A DNA stretch of 64,000 nt from an uncultured delta proteobacterium (GCA_963699755.1 CAVOVB010000001.1:1088001-1152000), one strand, 5' to 3'; counted from the first letter of the stretch, positions 1-10,585 are shown. The notes: generated by a model not told the origin, from the letters alone. Made by a program: numbers and translations.

Positions 1-1339
1 CGATCACGACCTTTTGATAGATCGGGTCGGTCACGAACAACGCCACCAGAGTCAGCAATGCAATGAGCAGCGCCACCACGGCGCCCGGTATCCCGAGCGG
101 GCTTCGGTAGGGGCGTTCGATGTCGGGGAGGCGAACGCGCAGCAGAATGTACGATACCATCTGGAGCGCGTAGGCGATGACCGCCCCAAAGACTGCCATG
201 TTGAGAAGCACGGCGCCGACCGGATGCTCGGGGCCGAGCGCATGAATGCCGTATGCGACGAGGTAGCCGAGCAGGGCGCCGACCAAAAGTGCAATGTGGG
301 GCGTCTTGCGGCGAGGGTGCGTCCGCGAAAGCCAACGCGGGAAGTATCCCGCGCGCGAGAGCGAGAAGATCTGCCGGCCGTAGGCGAAGATGATGCTGTG
401 AAAGCTCGCGATCAGCCCGGTCACCGCGACCAGGGCGAGAAGCCTTGCGCCGAGGCCCGAGCCGAAGATCGTCTTGAACCCCTCGAACAGCGGCTCAGCA
501 GATGAGCCGAGCTTCGCGGAGCCGGGCGCGATGCCCGCATTCAAGAAGAGCGTGAGAAACGCGGCGATGATCAGGGTGAGCAGGCCGTAGAGCAGGCCGC
601 GCGGCAAATCGCGGGCCGGCGCGTGGGCCTCCTCGGCGGCAAGCGGTAGCTGCTCGATTGCGAGGAAGAACCAGATCGCAAACGGAAGCGCGGAGAGGAT
701 GCCGGCGCCTCCGAATGGGAGCCAGCGGTGATGGCCTTGCCCAGGCTCGATGTTGAGCGCCCAGTCGAGATCGAAGTGGGGAATCGCCGCGACCCAGAAC
801 ACGACGAGCACACCGAGGGCCAGGGCCGTGATCACGACCGTGAAGCGAAAGGTCGTTTCCACGCCGGCGACGTTGAGGCCGAGGAAGGTTGCGTAGGCCG
901 CGAGCCACCAGAGGGGCTCCATGCTTGTCGGGCTTCCGAAGATCGCGCCGAGATAGCCTCCGATGCCGACGACGATGACCGCGGGTGTCAGGATGTACTC
1001 CATGTTCTCGGCGAGGCCGGTGATGTACGCGCCCCAGGGGCCCATGGCCGATCGAGCGAACGAGTAGGCGCCGCCGGTATGCGGAAGAGCAGCAGCCATT
1101 TCGGCGATGCTGAAGCAGAGCCCGGCGTACATGACCGTGATGATCAGGGTCGCGATGAGAAGCCCGCCGAAGCCCCCGGAGGCCAGGCCGAAGTTCCAGC
1201 CGAAGAAATCCCCAGAAATCACCGCGCCGACCCCGAGCGCCCAGAGCGACCAGACGCCGGCATAGCGCCGCAAACCGCGGTTCGCGAAGTACTCCTCGGC
1301 GACGTGATCGTACCCGACCCCCTGGCCGTTCTTCTCCAT
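1..1339 (-). CDS. APC-superfamily amino acid permease, ethanolamine permease (Eat)-like; 3' end runs off window start
   Basis: Not in ORF track (no stop in window). Manual translation from ATG 1339: MEKNGQGVGYDHVAEEYFANRGLRRYAGVWSLWALGVGAVISGDFFGWNFGL..., later AIWFFLAIEQLPLAAEE; multi-TM hydrophobic. Confidence 0.85.
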   Translation of the reverse strand, partial: MEKNGQGVGYDHVAEEYFANRGLRRYAGVWSLWALGVGAVISGDFFGWNFGLASGGFGGLLIATLIITVMYAGLCFSIAEMAAALPHTGGAYSFARSAMGPWGAYITGLAENMEYILTPAVIVVGIGGYLGAIFGSPTSMEPLWWLAAYATFLGLNVAGVETTFRFTVVITALALGVLVVFWVAAIPHFDLDWALNIEPGQGHHRWLPFGGAGILSALPFAIWFFLAIEQLPLAAEEAHAPARDLPRGLLYGLLTLIIAAFLTLFLNAGIAPGSAKLGSSAEPLFEGFKTIFGSGLGARLLALVAVTGLIASFHSIIFAYGRQIFSLSRAGYFPRWLSRTHPRRKTPHIALLVGALLGYLVAYGIHALGPEHPVGAVLLNMAVFGAVIAYALQMVSYILLRVRLPDIERPYRSPLGIPGAVVALLIALLTLVALFVTDPIYQKVVI

Positions 1340-1386
1340 GGCGCGGAGTGTAGCGGTTTGTCGAGACTGGCGATAAGGTTCCGCGC

Positions 1387-2307
1387 ATGTTGCCGATCGA
1401 TCTTTCGGGCAAGCGAGCCTTCGTTGCAGGTGTGGCTGACGACGGCGGCTTTGGCTTTGCGATCGCCAAGGCCCTTGCCGTGGCCGGTGCTTCGGTCTGC
1501 GTAGGCACCTGGCCGCCGGCGCTCGGAATCTTCGAGACCTTGCTCCGCCGCGGAAAGCTCGACGCTTCTTTGCAGATGCCCGACGGCAGCAAGCTCGAGC
1601 TCGAAAGGATTTATCCACTCGATGCCGAGTTCGATTCGCTCGAAGATGCGCCTCGGGAGCTCTGTGAGCAGAAGCGCTACCGGGAGCGGGGCGACTTCAG
1701 CATCGACGGAGTGGCCCAGAAGCTACGCGAAGACTTCGGTGGCGCTTGCCTCGACATCGTCGTCCACAGCCTCGCCAACGGACCCGAGGTCAACAAGCCC
1801 TTGATGCAGACGAGCCGAAAGGGCTACCTCGCTGCGCACGGCGCCAGCGCGTACTCGTTCGTCTCGATCGCCCAGCGATTCGGGCCTTTGATGCGCGACC
1901 AAGGGGCGCTCCTCGGCCTTACGTATCTCGCCAGCCAGGGCGTCGTTGCCGACTATGGCGGGGGGATGGCCTCGGCGAAGGCCGCTCTCGAGGCCGATGC
2001 CCGGATGCTCGCGTTCGAGCTGGGTCGAGCCAGGGGGCATCGAGTCAACCTGATCTCAGCGGGCCCGTACGCGTCGCGCGCGGCATCGGCAATCGGCTTC
2101 ATCCACAAGATGATCGAGTACTACGAGATGAACGCCCCCTTGGCCGATGCGCTCCGCGCCGAAGAGGTCGGCCATGCGGCGGCATTTCTCTGTAGCCCGC
2201 TCGCCAGTGGGATCACCGGCACGGTTCTCTACGTCGACAAGGGCTATCACGCGATGGCAGCGCCCGCCGACGTCGGCGGCTTGATCGACCGGTTGGTCGG
2301 CGACTAG
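1387..2307 (+). CDS. fabI: Enoyl-ACP reductase, chlamydial/plastid-type FabI
   Basis: DLSGKRAFVAGVADDGGFGFAIAK, GTWPP, VHSLANGPEV, YGGGMASAKAALE, SRAASAIGFI motifs. Confidence 0.92.
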   Translation: MLPIDLSGKRAFVAGVADDGGFGFAIAKALAVAGASVCVGTWPPALGIFETLLRRGKLDASLQMPDGSKLELERIYPLDAEFDSLEDAPRELCEQKRYRERGDFSIDGVAQKLREDFGGACLDIVVHSLANGPEVNKPLMQTSRKGYLAAHGASAYSFVSIAQRFGPLMRDQGALLGLTYLASQGVVADYGGGMASAKAALEADARMLAFELGRARGHRVNLISAGPYASRAASAIGFIHKMIEYYEMNAPLADALRAEEVGHAAAFLCSPLASGITGTVLYVDKGYHAMAAPADVGGLIDRLVGD

Positions 2308-3272
2308 GCGGCGACCATCTCGTGCTGAACGGTCGGTCGGATGCTGCTCGTGTCCGTGCTGACTTTCAGTGTGGCGACCAGCTCGCGTTCGGTCTGAATG
2401 CGTTCGGCGAGCCAAGGGTCGAGAGCACGCATCAGGGCTCGGGCCGAAGGATGGCGAGCTGCGGGCATTCGGCTCATGAGCTTTGCGACCAGGCGGTCCA
2501 TCTGCTCGTCCACGTAGGCTGAGAAGCACCGCGCCCGCGGCGCGTCTTCGCGGATGATGCGGCGGAGGACGGCAGTCACGTCGGACCCCGTGTATGGAAG
2601 CTTGCCGGTCAGGGCTTCGAACATCGTGACGCCAATCGCGAAAAGGTCGGCCCGGGCGTCGACAAACGGGTTGCCGCTCGCCTGCTCCGGGGAGGAATAG
2701 CTCGGGGTGCCATAGACCCGGCCTCGCTCCCTTGCGCGCTCATCGGCCGGCGCGGACTCCGCGGCGCAGACACCAAAGTCGATGAGGTGCACCTCGAGCT
2801 CGCCGTAGCCAGCCCGATTGAGGAGAATGTGCTCGGGCTTGATGTCTCGATGCACGTAGCCGTGCCGATGCACGCTGTGCAGAATTGACGCCAGCCGCGC
2901 CATGATCACCGAAATCTGTGCGCCATTGAGCGGCCCGCAGCGCCGCAGATACGAGGCAAGGCTCTCCGAGCGCATGTGCTTCATCACCAGGTATGGCGAT
3001 TCGTCGTAGAGCGTGCCGTGGTCGATCACCGGGACGATGCCGGGGTGAAAGACGCGACGCGCAACCTCGATTTCACGCCGCACGCGGCTCATCAGATCGG
3101 GATTTCCACAGTGTGTCGGCCGGAGCATCTTGATGACCACCCGTTCGAGGGTCGCCAGGCGCTCGGCCTCGAACACGATCCCCGTGCCGCCCATGCCAAT
3201 CGCGTTCCCGATTCGATAGCGCCCATCGAGAATCTGCCCCCGAAGCTCGCCGCGCTCAGCCTGTGCCGCCAT
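2304..3272 (-). CDS. Hanks-type Ser/Thr protein kinase, cytoplasmic, kinase domain only
   Basis: GMGGTG, VVIK, HRDIKPEH, DFG, GTPSYSSPEQ, DLFAIG motifs. Confidence 0.9.
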   Translation of the reverse strand: MAAQAERGELRGQILDGRYRIGNAIGMGGTGIVFEAERLATLERVVIKMLRPTHCGNPDLMSRVRREIEVARRVFHPGIVPVIDHGTLYDESPYLVMKHMRSESLASYLRRCGPLNGAQISVIMARLASILHSVHRHGYVHRDIKPEHILLNRAGYGELEVHLIDFGVCAAESAPADERARERGRVYGTPSYSSPEQASGNPFVDARADLFAIGVTMFEALTGKLPYTGSDVTAVLRRIIREDAPRARCFSAYVDEQMDRLVAKLMSRMPAARHPSARALMRALDPWLAERIQTERELVATLKVSTDTSSIRPTVQHEMVAA

Positions 3273-3395
3273 AGGGCTGAAGGTTCAGGCGGCAGGGTCG
3301 TTTCCGTCAAAAAAGCTGCAAATTAGGGGGGGGTGGCTTGAGGGGTGGGGGTAAGCTGGTTGCGTGGTTTGGTTTGTTTGGTTACACCGCCCGCC

Positions 3396-3507
3396 CGCCC
3401 CCACCCGTAGTCCTCCCTGGCGCGGCGGTCGCTGCGCTCCGCCTTGCCGGCGCGTTGCACCGGGCTTCGCCCTGCGGGCTCGCGCTGCCGCCTGCTGGTT
3501 GGGGGCG
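3396..3507. repeat. Multi-hairpin GC-rich intergenic element (REP/MITE-like)
   Basis: Outer imperfect IR CGCCCCCACC (3396) / GGTTGGGGGCG (3497-3507); inner hairpins GGCGG-N10-CCGCC (3424-3443) and GGGC-TTC-GCCC (3462-3472). Confidence 0.45.
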
Positions 3508-3513
3508 CAGTGC

Positions 3514-4431
3514 TCAGCGCGCCGTGCGGAAGCTGTTGATCGTCTCGCGCTCGTCGTATTGGTAAGCGAACCGCGTCGCCCGCCGGAACGGGTCGCTATC
3601 GACTACGATGGGGTACTTCAGGTGATCGATCGCACCGGCCGGAAGGTGAGGTAGGCCCAGGCGGCCTAGGCCGAGCTTGAATATCGCCTCGGGCACCGGG
3701 AGCGGCCGGCGGCCGGCCGCTCGCACGATCGTCGCGAGCGGCACCGGCGTTGGGCCGGAGACATTGTAGATTCCGTGAAGCTTGTGGGCGAGGGCGCAGA
3801 CGATCGCTTCGGCTGCGTCTTGCTCGTGCATGAACTGAAAGAGCGGGTCGAAACCCATGATCAGCGGCACGTTCGGGCCGTGCAGAAACGAGGCGAGCGT
3901 TCCGTGCTTGCTGGGGCCGAGGGTGTAGACGATGCGCAACACCGCGGTCGTGATTTCCGGGTAGCGCCAAAGAGAAGAGACCGCGTACAAGTCCGCCGCG
4001 ACGAGGTCGGCGAGCTCGGGGAAGGAGTGCGTCGACATCGGCGGCTCGTCTTCGGTGTGGTAGAGCGGCGAGTCCGCCGCAGCCCCATAGAACGTGTGTC
4101 GACCGACAAAAACCGCCTGTTTCACGCCATAGCTCTGGCAGTGATGAATGAAGGCGCGGGTGCCGTAGAGGTTCACGCGCATTCGGTCGGGGCTTTGCTT
4201 CACGAGGTGGGTGACTGTGGCCATGTGGATCGCGGCGTCGGGCCGGTGGGTTCGGAACACTTCTTCGGCAGGCCGCTTGCGGATGTCGGCCTGGAAGAGC
4301 TCGATCTCCTCGGGCGCTTCTGGCCAGGGCCGGCGATCGATCCCGATCACCTGGTATCCGCGGCGGAGAAGATTGAGCGCGGTCAAGCGCCCTATCGTCC
4401 CCGCGATGCCCGTGATCAAGACCTTCGTCAC
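3514..4431 (-). CDS. NAD-dependent epimerase/dehydratase (extended SDR)
   Basis: N-terminal TGIAGTIG Rossmann motif; GIYNVSG; GTGA overlap with upstream acyltransferase. Confidence 0.85.
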   Translation of the reverse strand: MTKVLITGIAGTIGRLTALNLLRRGYQVIGIDRRPWPEAPEEIELFQADIRKRPAEEVFRTHRPDAAIHMATVTHLVKQSPDRMRVNLYGTRAFIHHCQSYGVKQAVFVGRHTFYGAAADSPLYHTEDEPPMSTHSFPELADLVAADLYAVSSLWRYPEITTAVLRIVYTLGPSKHGTLASFLHGPNVPLIMGFDPLFQFMHEQDAAEAIVCALAHKLHGIYNVSGPTPVPLATIVRAAGRRPLPVPEAIFKLGLGRLGLPHLPAGAIDHLKYPIVVDSDPFRRATRFAYQYDERETINSFRTAR

Positions 4432-5264
4432 AGGACGAGATCCTCTTCCGAGATCTGTTTCTCTCGGAGCTGACGTCCTTGACGGATCAGGTCGGCAATT
4501 CGTTCCTTCACCTGGTCGACCTTTTCAGCCACCACCTCGTCACGTTCGTGCCCGGTGCCTTCGAAGACCATCGGCTTGCCGTAGAGGAGCTGAAAGCGCG
4601 TCGGCTTTGGGATGAGCAAGCCCCATTTCGTCACGGGCACGTATGGAACACCGAAGAGTCGACCGAGTCGCTTGAGATTGGCGATCGTGGGTAGCGCCTC
4701 TCCGCCTCCGACGAAGCCGAAGGGCACGATGGGGCTCTTGGTTTCCAGAGCGAGTCGCATGAATCCAGTGCCGAAATCCACAAGTGAATCCGCGTCCTTT
4801 GCGAGCTTCGCGGTTCCTCGAGCCCCTTCGGGGAAGGCCAGGATGAGCCGACCGGCATTGAGTAGGCGTTTGGCTTGATCCGGATTCCCGGTGAATTGCC
4901 CCGTCCTGCTCATGAACTGCGAAGCGCCAGGAAACTGGTGGATGAACTTGTCGAGCATCGCATGGGGGAGCCGCGGCGGCTCCGCGTCGAGCAGCATCGA
5001 GCCCATGACCATCGCGCCGTCGATCGCGACTCCGCCCGAATGGTTTCCCACGAGGACGGCCCTCCCCTTTGGCGGCACGTTCTCGAGGCCGAACACATCG
5101 ACTTTGAAGTAGAAGCGATAGATCCAGGCGAACGCCGAGACGAATCGGGTCAGATCGCTCTTGTCGATCCCATATGGGTCGATCCCGAACTTGTTGAATT
5201 CGAGATCGAGCGCCTCGATGCGGGCGGCGACTTCGGGATCGATGGGAAGAAGGTTATCGAGCAA
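4428..5264 (-). CDS. Lysophospholipid/glycerolipid acyltransferase (PlsC-like)
   Basis: [10 protein letters not shown] and FPEG motifs; [15 protein letters not shown]. Confidence 0.85.
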   Translation of the reverse strand: MLDNLLPIDPEVAARIEALDLEFNKFGIDPYGIDKSDLTRFVSAFAWIYRFYFKVDVFGLENVPPKGRAVLVGNHSGGVAIDGAMVMGSMLLDAEPPRLPHAMLDKFIHQFPGASQFMSRTGQFTGNPDQAKRLLNAGRLILAFPEGARGTAKLAKDADSLVDFGTGFMRLALETKSPIVPFGFVGGGEALPTIANLKRLGRLFGVPYVPVTKWGLLIPKPTRFQLLYGKPMVFEGTGHERDEVVAEKVDQVKERIADLIRQGRQLREKQISEEDLVL

Positions 5265-5318
5265 ATCGGCCTCGGCTTGTCCCGCGATCTTTATGCGCCG
5301 AACGCGAAGAACGCAATC

Positions 5319-6689
5319 TCAGTCCGAGCCAGGCTTGCGGATTCCGAGAGCGCGCATCTTTTTGTAGAGATGGCTCCGCTCGAGGCCGAGGTCAGCGGCG
5401 GTCTTGGTCACATGCCCATTTCGGAGCTCGAGGGCGCGCGTGATCAGGTCCCGCTCGGCCGCGTCGAGCATCTCGCGGAGGGGCGTTTCCGGCCGAAAGT
5501 ATCTGCCAGAGGCCGCTCCTGAGTCGCTTGGAACCAAGGCCCGGGCCTCGACTTCGCTGATGGTCTCGCCCGGAGTCAGGATGACCAAGCGCTCGACCAG
5601 ATTGCGCAGCTCTCTGACGTTCCCGGGGTAGGGATATGCTTTGAGCAGCTGCATCGCCCCGGGCGTGATCCGCTTTCCGGGCCGGTCGTGGCTCTCACAG
5701 GCCAGTGCGAGGAAGTGCTCGACCAGGAGCGGAACGTCCTCGAGCCGCGCCGCGAGCGCTGGAACCTGCAGCGGCACGACGTTGAGCCGGTCATACAGGT
5801 CCGCGCGAAACCTCCCTGCATCGATCTCCAGTTCGAGCGACTTGTTCGTCGCGGCGACGACCCGCACGTCGACCTTCACGACTGACGCTGCGCCCACCCG
5901 CTCGAGCTCTCCTTCTTGCAAGACCCGCAGGAGCTTCGCCTGCATCTGCGGCGGCATGTCACCCACCTCGTCGAGGAAAAGCGTTCCCTCGTGCGCACGT
6001 TCGAACTTTCCACGCCGTTGCTTCGTGGCGCCCGTGAATGCACCGGCTTCATGCCCGAAGAGCTCGCTTTCGATCAGGCCTTCGGGGACGGCCGCGCAGT
6101 TGAGCTTTTCGAAGGGCCCACTCGCTCGGGCAGAACCAGCGTGAATCGCTGCGGCCACCAGCTCTTTGCCGGTGCCTCGCTCTCCGAGGACCAAGACCGG
6201 CGCGCTCGAGCGAGCCGCCAGCGCGATCTGTTCTCGGAGCCTTTTCATCCGCCGGCTATGCCCAAGCAGAGAGTCCCCGGGCCCATACCGCCGCCGCAGC
6301 TCTCGATTCTCCTGCTGAAGCTCCCGCAGCTCGAGGCTTCGCTTGAGCGAGAGCAGCAGGCGCTCGGTCCCGATCGGCTTCTCTATGAAATCGTCGGCTC
6401 CACGCCGGGTCGCCTCCATCGCGACTTCGATCGTCGCATGCCCGCTCATCATGATGACCGGGGTCGTGACCTCTCGGCTGCGGAGCTCGTCCAGCATGGC
6501 GAGCCCGTCGATTCCGGGCAGCTGTACGTCGAGCAGAATTGCGTCGAAGCTCTGTTTGGAGAGCTTGTCGAGCGCGATTTCGGCGCTGCCGGCAACCTCT
6601 ACCTCGTAGCCTTCGAGGCCGAGCGCGCGCGAAACGGAAGTCAAGATGTTTCGTTCGTCGTCGACGACGAGCACCATCGCGGCCACCAT
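5319..6689 (-). CDS. Sigma-54-dependent response regulator (REC-AAA+-HTH, NtrC/NtrX-like)
   Basis: VVDDE receiver, GERGTGKE, GAFTGA, FLDEVG, YPGNVREL, C-terminal Fis-type HTH. Confidence 0.93.
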   Translation of the reverse strand: MVAAMVLVVDDERNILTSVSRALGLEGYEVEVAGSAEIALDKLSKQSFDAILLDVQLPGIDGLAMLDELRSREVTTPVIMMSGHATIEVAMEATRRGADDFIEKPIGTERLLLSLKRSLELRELQQENRELRRRYGPGDSLLGHSRRMKRLREQIALAARSSAPVLVLGERGTGKELVAAAIHAGSARASGPFEKLNCAAVPEGLIESELFGHEAGAFTGATKQRRGKFERAHEGTLFLDEVGDMPPQMQAKLLRVLQEGELERVGAASVVKVDVRVVAATNKSLELEIDAGRFRADLYDRLNVVPLQVPALAARLEDVPLLVEHFLALACESHDRPGKRITPGAMQLLKAYPYPGNVRELRNLVERLVILTPGETISEVEARALVPSDSGAASGRYFRPETPLREMLDAAERDLITRALELRNGHVTKTAADLGLERSHLYKKMRALGIRKPGSD

Positions 6690-6719
6690 GGAGCTACGTT
6701 AGCACAGCGCGCAACACGC

Positions 6720-8495
6720 TCAGCTGCTGGCCCCGTCGCCCAACTTCTTCATGGGAATCGACCGAATGTAGGTTCCCGACGTCCGCTGATTGGCCTGGAG
6801 CCAAGGCGTCAGATCCGTTGGCGATTCGGGGCGTGCGTAGAGATAACCCTGCGCGATGTCGCAGCCGTGGTCTCGCATGTACTCGAGTTGGACTTCGGTT
6901 TCGACTCCTTCGGCGATCACCTCGAGACCGAGATTCTGTCCGAGGCCGATGATCATGTTCGAGATCGGTCCGCCGCGGTCGCTCGACTCGATGCTCTGGA
7001 CGAAACTCTTGTCGATCTTCAGGGCGTTGAGCGGGAACTCGTTGAGATAGGTGAGCGAAGAGTAGCCCGTGCCGAAGTCGTCGATCGCGATGCGCACGCC
7101 CACCTTGCGAATCTCGCGAAGCAGAGCGCCAGCTTGGGCTGGGTCGCTCATGAGGCAGCTCTCGGTGAGCTCGAGCTCCAGGAGCTCAGGTGAAAGCGCG
7201 GTCTCGGCGAGTGCAGATCGAATCTTGTCGAGCAGCATCGGATCCTCGAACTGCTGCGCCGAGACATTCACACTGATCCGCATCGGCTGTAGCTCCATCG
7301 CATGCCATCTTCGAATCTGCTCACAGGCGGTGTTCAAGACCCATTCGCCGAGTTCGTTGATCAGCCCAAATTCCTCGAGCGCCCCGATGAAGTGATAAGG
7401 GGTGAGGAGTCCTCGGGTCGGGTGCATCCAACGAATCAGCGCCTCAACCCCTATGACGGCTCCGCTTCGAAGGCAAATCTGTGGCTGATAGACCAGCTGA
7501 AATTCGTTCGCCTCCACTGCGCGACGCAGCGCCCATTCGAGAGCTCGCCTCGACTGGGCTTCTTCCTGCATGGCATCTGCGAAGAACTGGTAGCAGGCGC
7601 GCCCCGTGGATTTCGCCTGGTACATCGCGAGGTCAGCGGCTCTGAGAAGCTCGGACAAATTGTTCCCGTTCTCCGGATACATCGCGATGCCGATGCTGCT
7701 CGAGGCGTTGACCTCGTGACCATCGAGGTTGGTGACCTTTCGAAGGCTATCCACAATTCGCTCGATGACGGGCAGAACCTCTCTCGCCTCACTCACGCCT
7801 TCGAGCACGACCGCGAACTCGTCGCCTCCTAGGCGAGCAACCGTGTCCTGGTCACGGACGCTCGCCCGGATTCGCTTCGCGGCTTCGACGAGCAGCTTGT
7901 CGCCTACCTCGTGCCCCAACATGTCGTTGATCTCTTTGAAACGGTCCATGTCGAGAATCAGGGTTGCGACGCCCGAGCCGGATCGCATCGCCCGAGCCAA
8001 AGCATGATTGACGCGCTCTCGCAGGAGCGATCGGTTTGGCAGCCCCGTGAGCTGGTCGAACTGGGCGAGCCGAACCAGCTCCAGCTCCGTGCGCTTGCGC
8101 TCGATCGCATAGCGGATGACCCGGTGCAGATTCGCCCCGTCGATGTGACCCTTGACCAGGTAGTCCTGCGCTCCGGCTTTTACCGAGCGCAACGAGATCG
8201 CCTCATCTTCCCAGGCGCTGACGATCACCAGCGGCACCTCCGGATACGCGGTCTGCAGGCTGGCAACGGTATGTGTGCCCCGGGAGTCCGGTAGATTGAG
8301 GTCGGCGAGGATCACGTCCGGGCTGAGCTCGTCGGCCGAGAGCACGGCGTCGTTCACAGTCCGCACGTGTGTGATGCGATAGTACGACTCCGATACCCGC
8401 CGCAGCAGCCGCCGGATGAGCTGCGCGTCGATGCGGTTGTCCTCGACGAGGAGAACCTCACGGACCTCGCGCTCCTCCTCGGCTCTATCGACCAT
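6720..8495 (-). CDS. Response regulator with GGDEF and EAL domains (diguanylate cyclase/phosphodiesterase)
   Basis: REC domain; RDQD I-site five residues before intact GGDEF; EALIRW and DDFGTGYSS intact. Confidence 0.93.
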   Translation of the reverse strand: MVDRAEEEREVREVLLVEDNRIDAQLIRRLLRRVSESYYRITHVRTVNDAVLSADELSPDVILADLNLPDSRGTHTVASLQTAYPEVPLVIVSAWEDEAISLRSVKAGAQDYLVKGHIDGANLHRVIRYAIERKRTELELVRLAQFDQLTGLPNRSLLRERVNHALARAMRSGSGVATLILDMDRFKEINDMLGHEVGDKLLVEAAKRIRASVRDQDTVARLGGDEFAVVLEGVSEAREVLPVIERIVDSLRKVTNLDGHEVNASSSIGIAMYPENGNNLSELLRAADLAMYQAKSTGRACYQFFADAMQEEAQSRRALEWALRRAVEANEFQLVYQPQICLRSGAVIGVEALIRWMHPTRGLLTPYHFIGALEEFGLINELGEWVLNTACEQIRRWHAMELQPMRISVNVSAQQFEDPMLLDKIRSALAETALSPELLELELTESCLMSDPAQAGALLREIRKVGVRIAIDDFGTGYSSLTYLNEFPLNALKIDKSFVQSIESSDRGGPISNMIIGLGQNLGLEVIAEGVETEVQLEYMRDHGCDIAQGYLYARPESPTDLTPWLQANQRTSGTYIRSIPMKKLGDGASS

Positions 8496-8641
8496 CCACC
8501 ACTACCCAAACCGCAGAAATGCCGTTCCCACTGACCTATTACAGTGCTATGGTTTTGTAGAGGCGTCAAGAGTGATTCCACGCTGGAGTGAGGGTGCGGC
8601 GCAATAAGGCTCAAACAAAAGCGATCGAGGGAGCGGAGAGA

Positions 8642-10585
8642 ATGCGTGTCCTCATCGTTTCGGAGAATCCGGAGCAGATCGTGCTCGTCCGCGAAGGTCT
8701 TCGCGCCTGGCCCGATTCGGTGCTCTGCCGGGTAGCGGTGAACCGCGAAGACGCGCTGGTCCAGCTCGAGAGCCATGAGCCACAGGTACTCTGTTGGGAT
8801 ACCCGACTCGGCGCAGAGCTCCCGATGAGCGGGCCAGGGATCTCGATCTTGCTACTCGGCGACGAGCTCTGCACGCTCCCCGAGGCAGAGTGCACGGAGA
8901 GGCTTCTGCCGGACACGTACATCGAGGGCCTTCGGCAGGCCATCAATCGAGAGTATGAGCTTCGTCGCCTCTTGATACAGTTGCGAGAGGCCCATGGCGT
9001 CGAAACGCAGCGCCGCTTGCTGCTTGCGCGTGCCGCCGATGGCATCGTCGTCGTGGATGCAGCGTGCCGCGTACTCTTTGCAAATGCTTCCGCCGGCGCA
9101 ATGCTCGGTGTCGAGTACGAAGATCTGATCGGCGAGCCCTTCGAGCATTCGATTCCGGAGGAATCCAAGCCAAGCACCTATCGAGTGGAGCAACCCAACG
9201 GCCTGGTGTCTGCGCTGACGGCGACCGCGATAGTATCGATCTGGGATGGGCGCGACGCGACCATCATTCAGATGCAGCCAGCGTTCCGACCAAGTGCCCC
9301 TCCGGCCGCCAGTTCGAGCGCACCGCCTTTGATGCCCGGGGCGCGTGTCTCCGAAGACCGCCTTCGTACGGTTGGACGCCTTGCCGCAGGCCTCGCCCAC
9401 GAGGTGAACAATCCACTCACGTTCGTCCTTGCAAACCTCGAAAGCTTACGCGAATCCCATCAAGCCATCCGTCGTTTCGTCCGTAAACTGAGGGTCGATC
9501 TGGCTACCAAGGAGGCGATCACCCCCCAATCTTTCGAGCAGATCGCAGGAGACTCGAATCTGCAGGAAGTCATCGACGATGCCGCCGACATGCTCACCGA
9601 CTGCTACAAGGGCACGCACCGCATTCAAGACATCGCCCGGAGCCTCGGGACTTTTTCGCGGGCCGACGAAAGTCAGGCCGAGATGCTGGACATCACCCGG
9701 ATCGTCGATGACGCCTGTGCCATGGTCTTCAATCAGATTCGCTATCGAGCCCGACTGGTGAAGCGCTTCGAGCCCATTCCGATGATTGCAGGGTATCCGG
9801 GCCAAATCGCGCAAGCGCTGGTCAACATGCTGACCAATGCCGCCGAGGCAATCGAGGGCGGGGCCTACGCGCAGCACCGGATCATCGTCTCGACGCGAGT
9901 CGAAGATGAGCAGGTCGTCATTGCGGTGAGTGACACCGGCGTTGGCATCGACGACTCGCTTCGCGAACAAATCTTCACGCCGGGCTTCACGACCAAGGCT
10001 CATGCTGGCGGGCTCGGTCTGGGCCTGAGCGCCTGCCAACGTGTTGCGCACGAGCACGGTGGGCGGCTCGACGTTCAGCGCCTTCCCGACGGCGGGAGCT
10101 GTTTCACGTTGATCCTTCCGTTCGACACCGGGCTCACCGTCGTCGAGCCGACTCGCGAAAGTCGACCGATCTCCGAGACTCCCCTCGAGCGGTCTCGACT
10201 CCTGATCATCGACGACGATGCGATGGTTCTCTCGGCACTCCGAAGACGTCTGCACCCACGCTACGACGTGGTCACAGTCCTCGGTGGTGTCGAGGCGCTC
10301 GCACGCCTCGCCGAAGACGCGGCCTTCGACTCGATCATTTGCGACCTGATGATGCCGGAAGTCGACGGGAAGTCGTTCTATGACGCCATCCAAAAAGAGC
10401 ACCCCGAGTTGGCTGACCGGATCGTGTTCATGAGTGGCGGCGCCTTCACGCCTCGCCTGCGGAAGTTCGCCTCTGCGGTGTCCAATCCAGTCCTGCAGAA
10501 GCCGGTGAGCAGAGAAGATCTCGAGGCCATGCTCGGTGCACGCCGCGACGACGTGCCTGTCGAACGACGATCAGTCGTTCCTTAG
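8642..10585 (+). CDS. Hybrid sensor histidine kinase (degenerate REC-PAS-HisKA-HATPase-REC)
   Basis: HEVNNPL H-box, NMLTNA, DTGVG, GLGLGL, C-terminal DDD/CDLMMP receiver; ATG 8642 preceded by GGAG (ORF track starts at 8588). Confidence 0.9.
   Translation: MRVLIVSENPEQIVLVREGLRAWPDSVLCRVAVNREDALVQLESHEPQVLCWDTRLGAELPMSGPGISILLLGDELCTLPEAECTERLLPDTYIEGLRQAINREYELRRLLIQLREAHGVETQRRLLLARAADGIVVVDAACRVLFANASAGAMLGVEYEDLIGEPFEHSIPEESKPSTYRVEQPNGLVSALTATAIVSIWDGRDATIIQMQPAFRPSAPPAASSSAPPLMPGARVSEDRLRTVGRLAAGLAHEVNNPLTFVLANLESLRESHQAIRRFVRKLRVDLATKEAITPQSFEQIAGDSNLQEVIDDAADMLTDCYKGTHRIQDIARSLGTFSRADESQAEMLDITRIVDDACAMVFNQIRYRARLVKRFEPIPMIAGYPGQIAQALVNMLTNAAEAIEGGAYAQHRIIVSTRVEDEQVVIAVSDTGVGIDDSLREQIFTPGFTTKAHAGGLGLGLSACQRVAHEHGGRLDVQRLPDGGSCFTLILPFDTGLTVVEPTRESRPISETPLERSRLLIIDDDAMVLSALRRRLHPRYDVVTVLGGVEALARLAEDAAFDSIICDLMMPEVDGKSFYDAIQKEHPELADRIVFMSGGAFTPRLRKFASAVSNPVLQKPVSREDLEAMLGARRDDVPVERRSVVP

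Noticed and set aside
14..1592. Long alternative ORFs 14-505, 495-1592 and 728-1504
   Set aside because: Shadow frames of the minus-strand permease; Arg/Pro-rich with no motifs, typical of high-GC DNA.
3277..3288. CTGAAGGTTCAG palindrome upstream of the kinase as a LexA box
   Set aside because: Half-sites lack the 4-bp spacer of the Myxococcus-type consensus.
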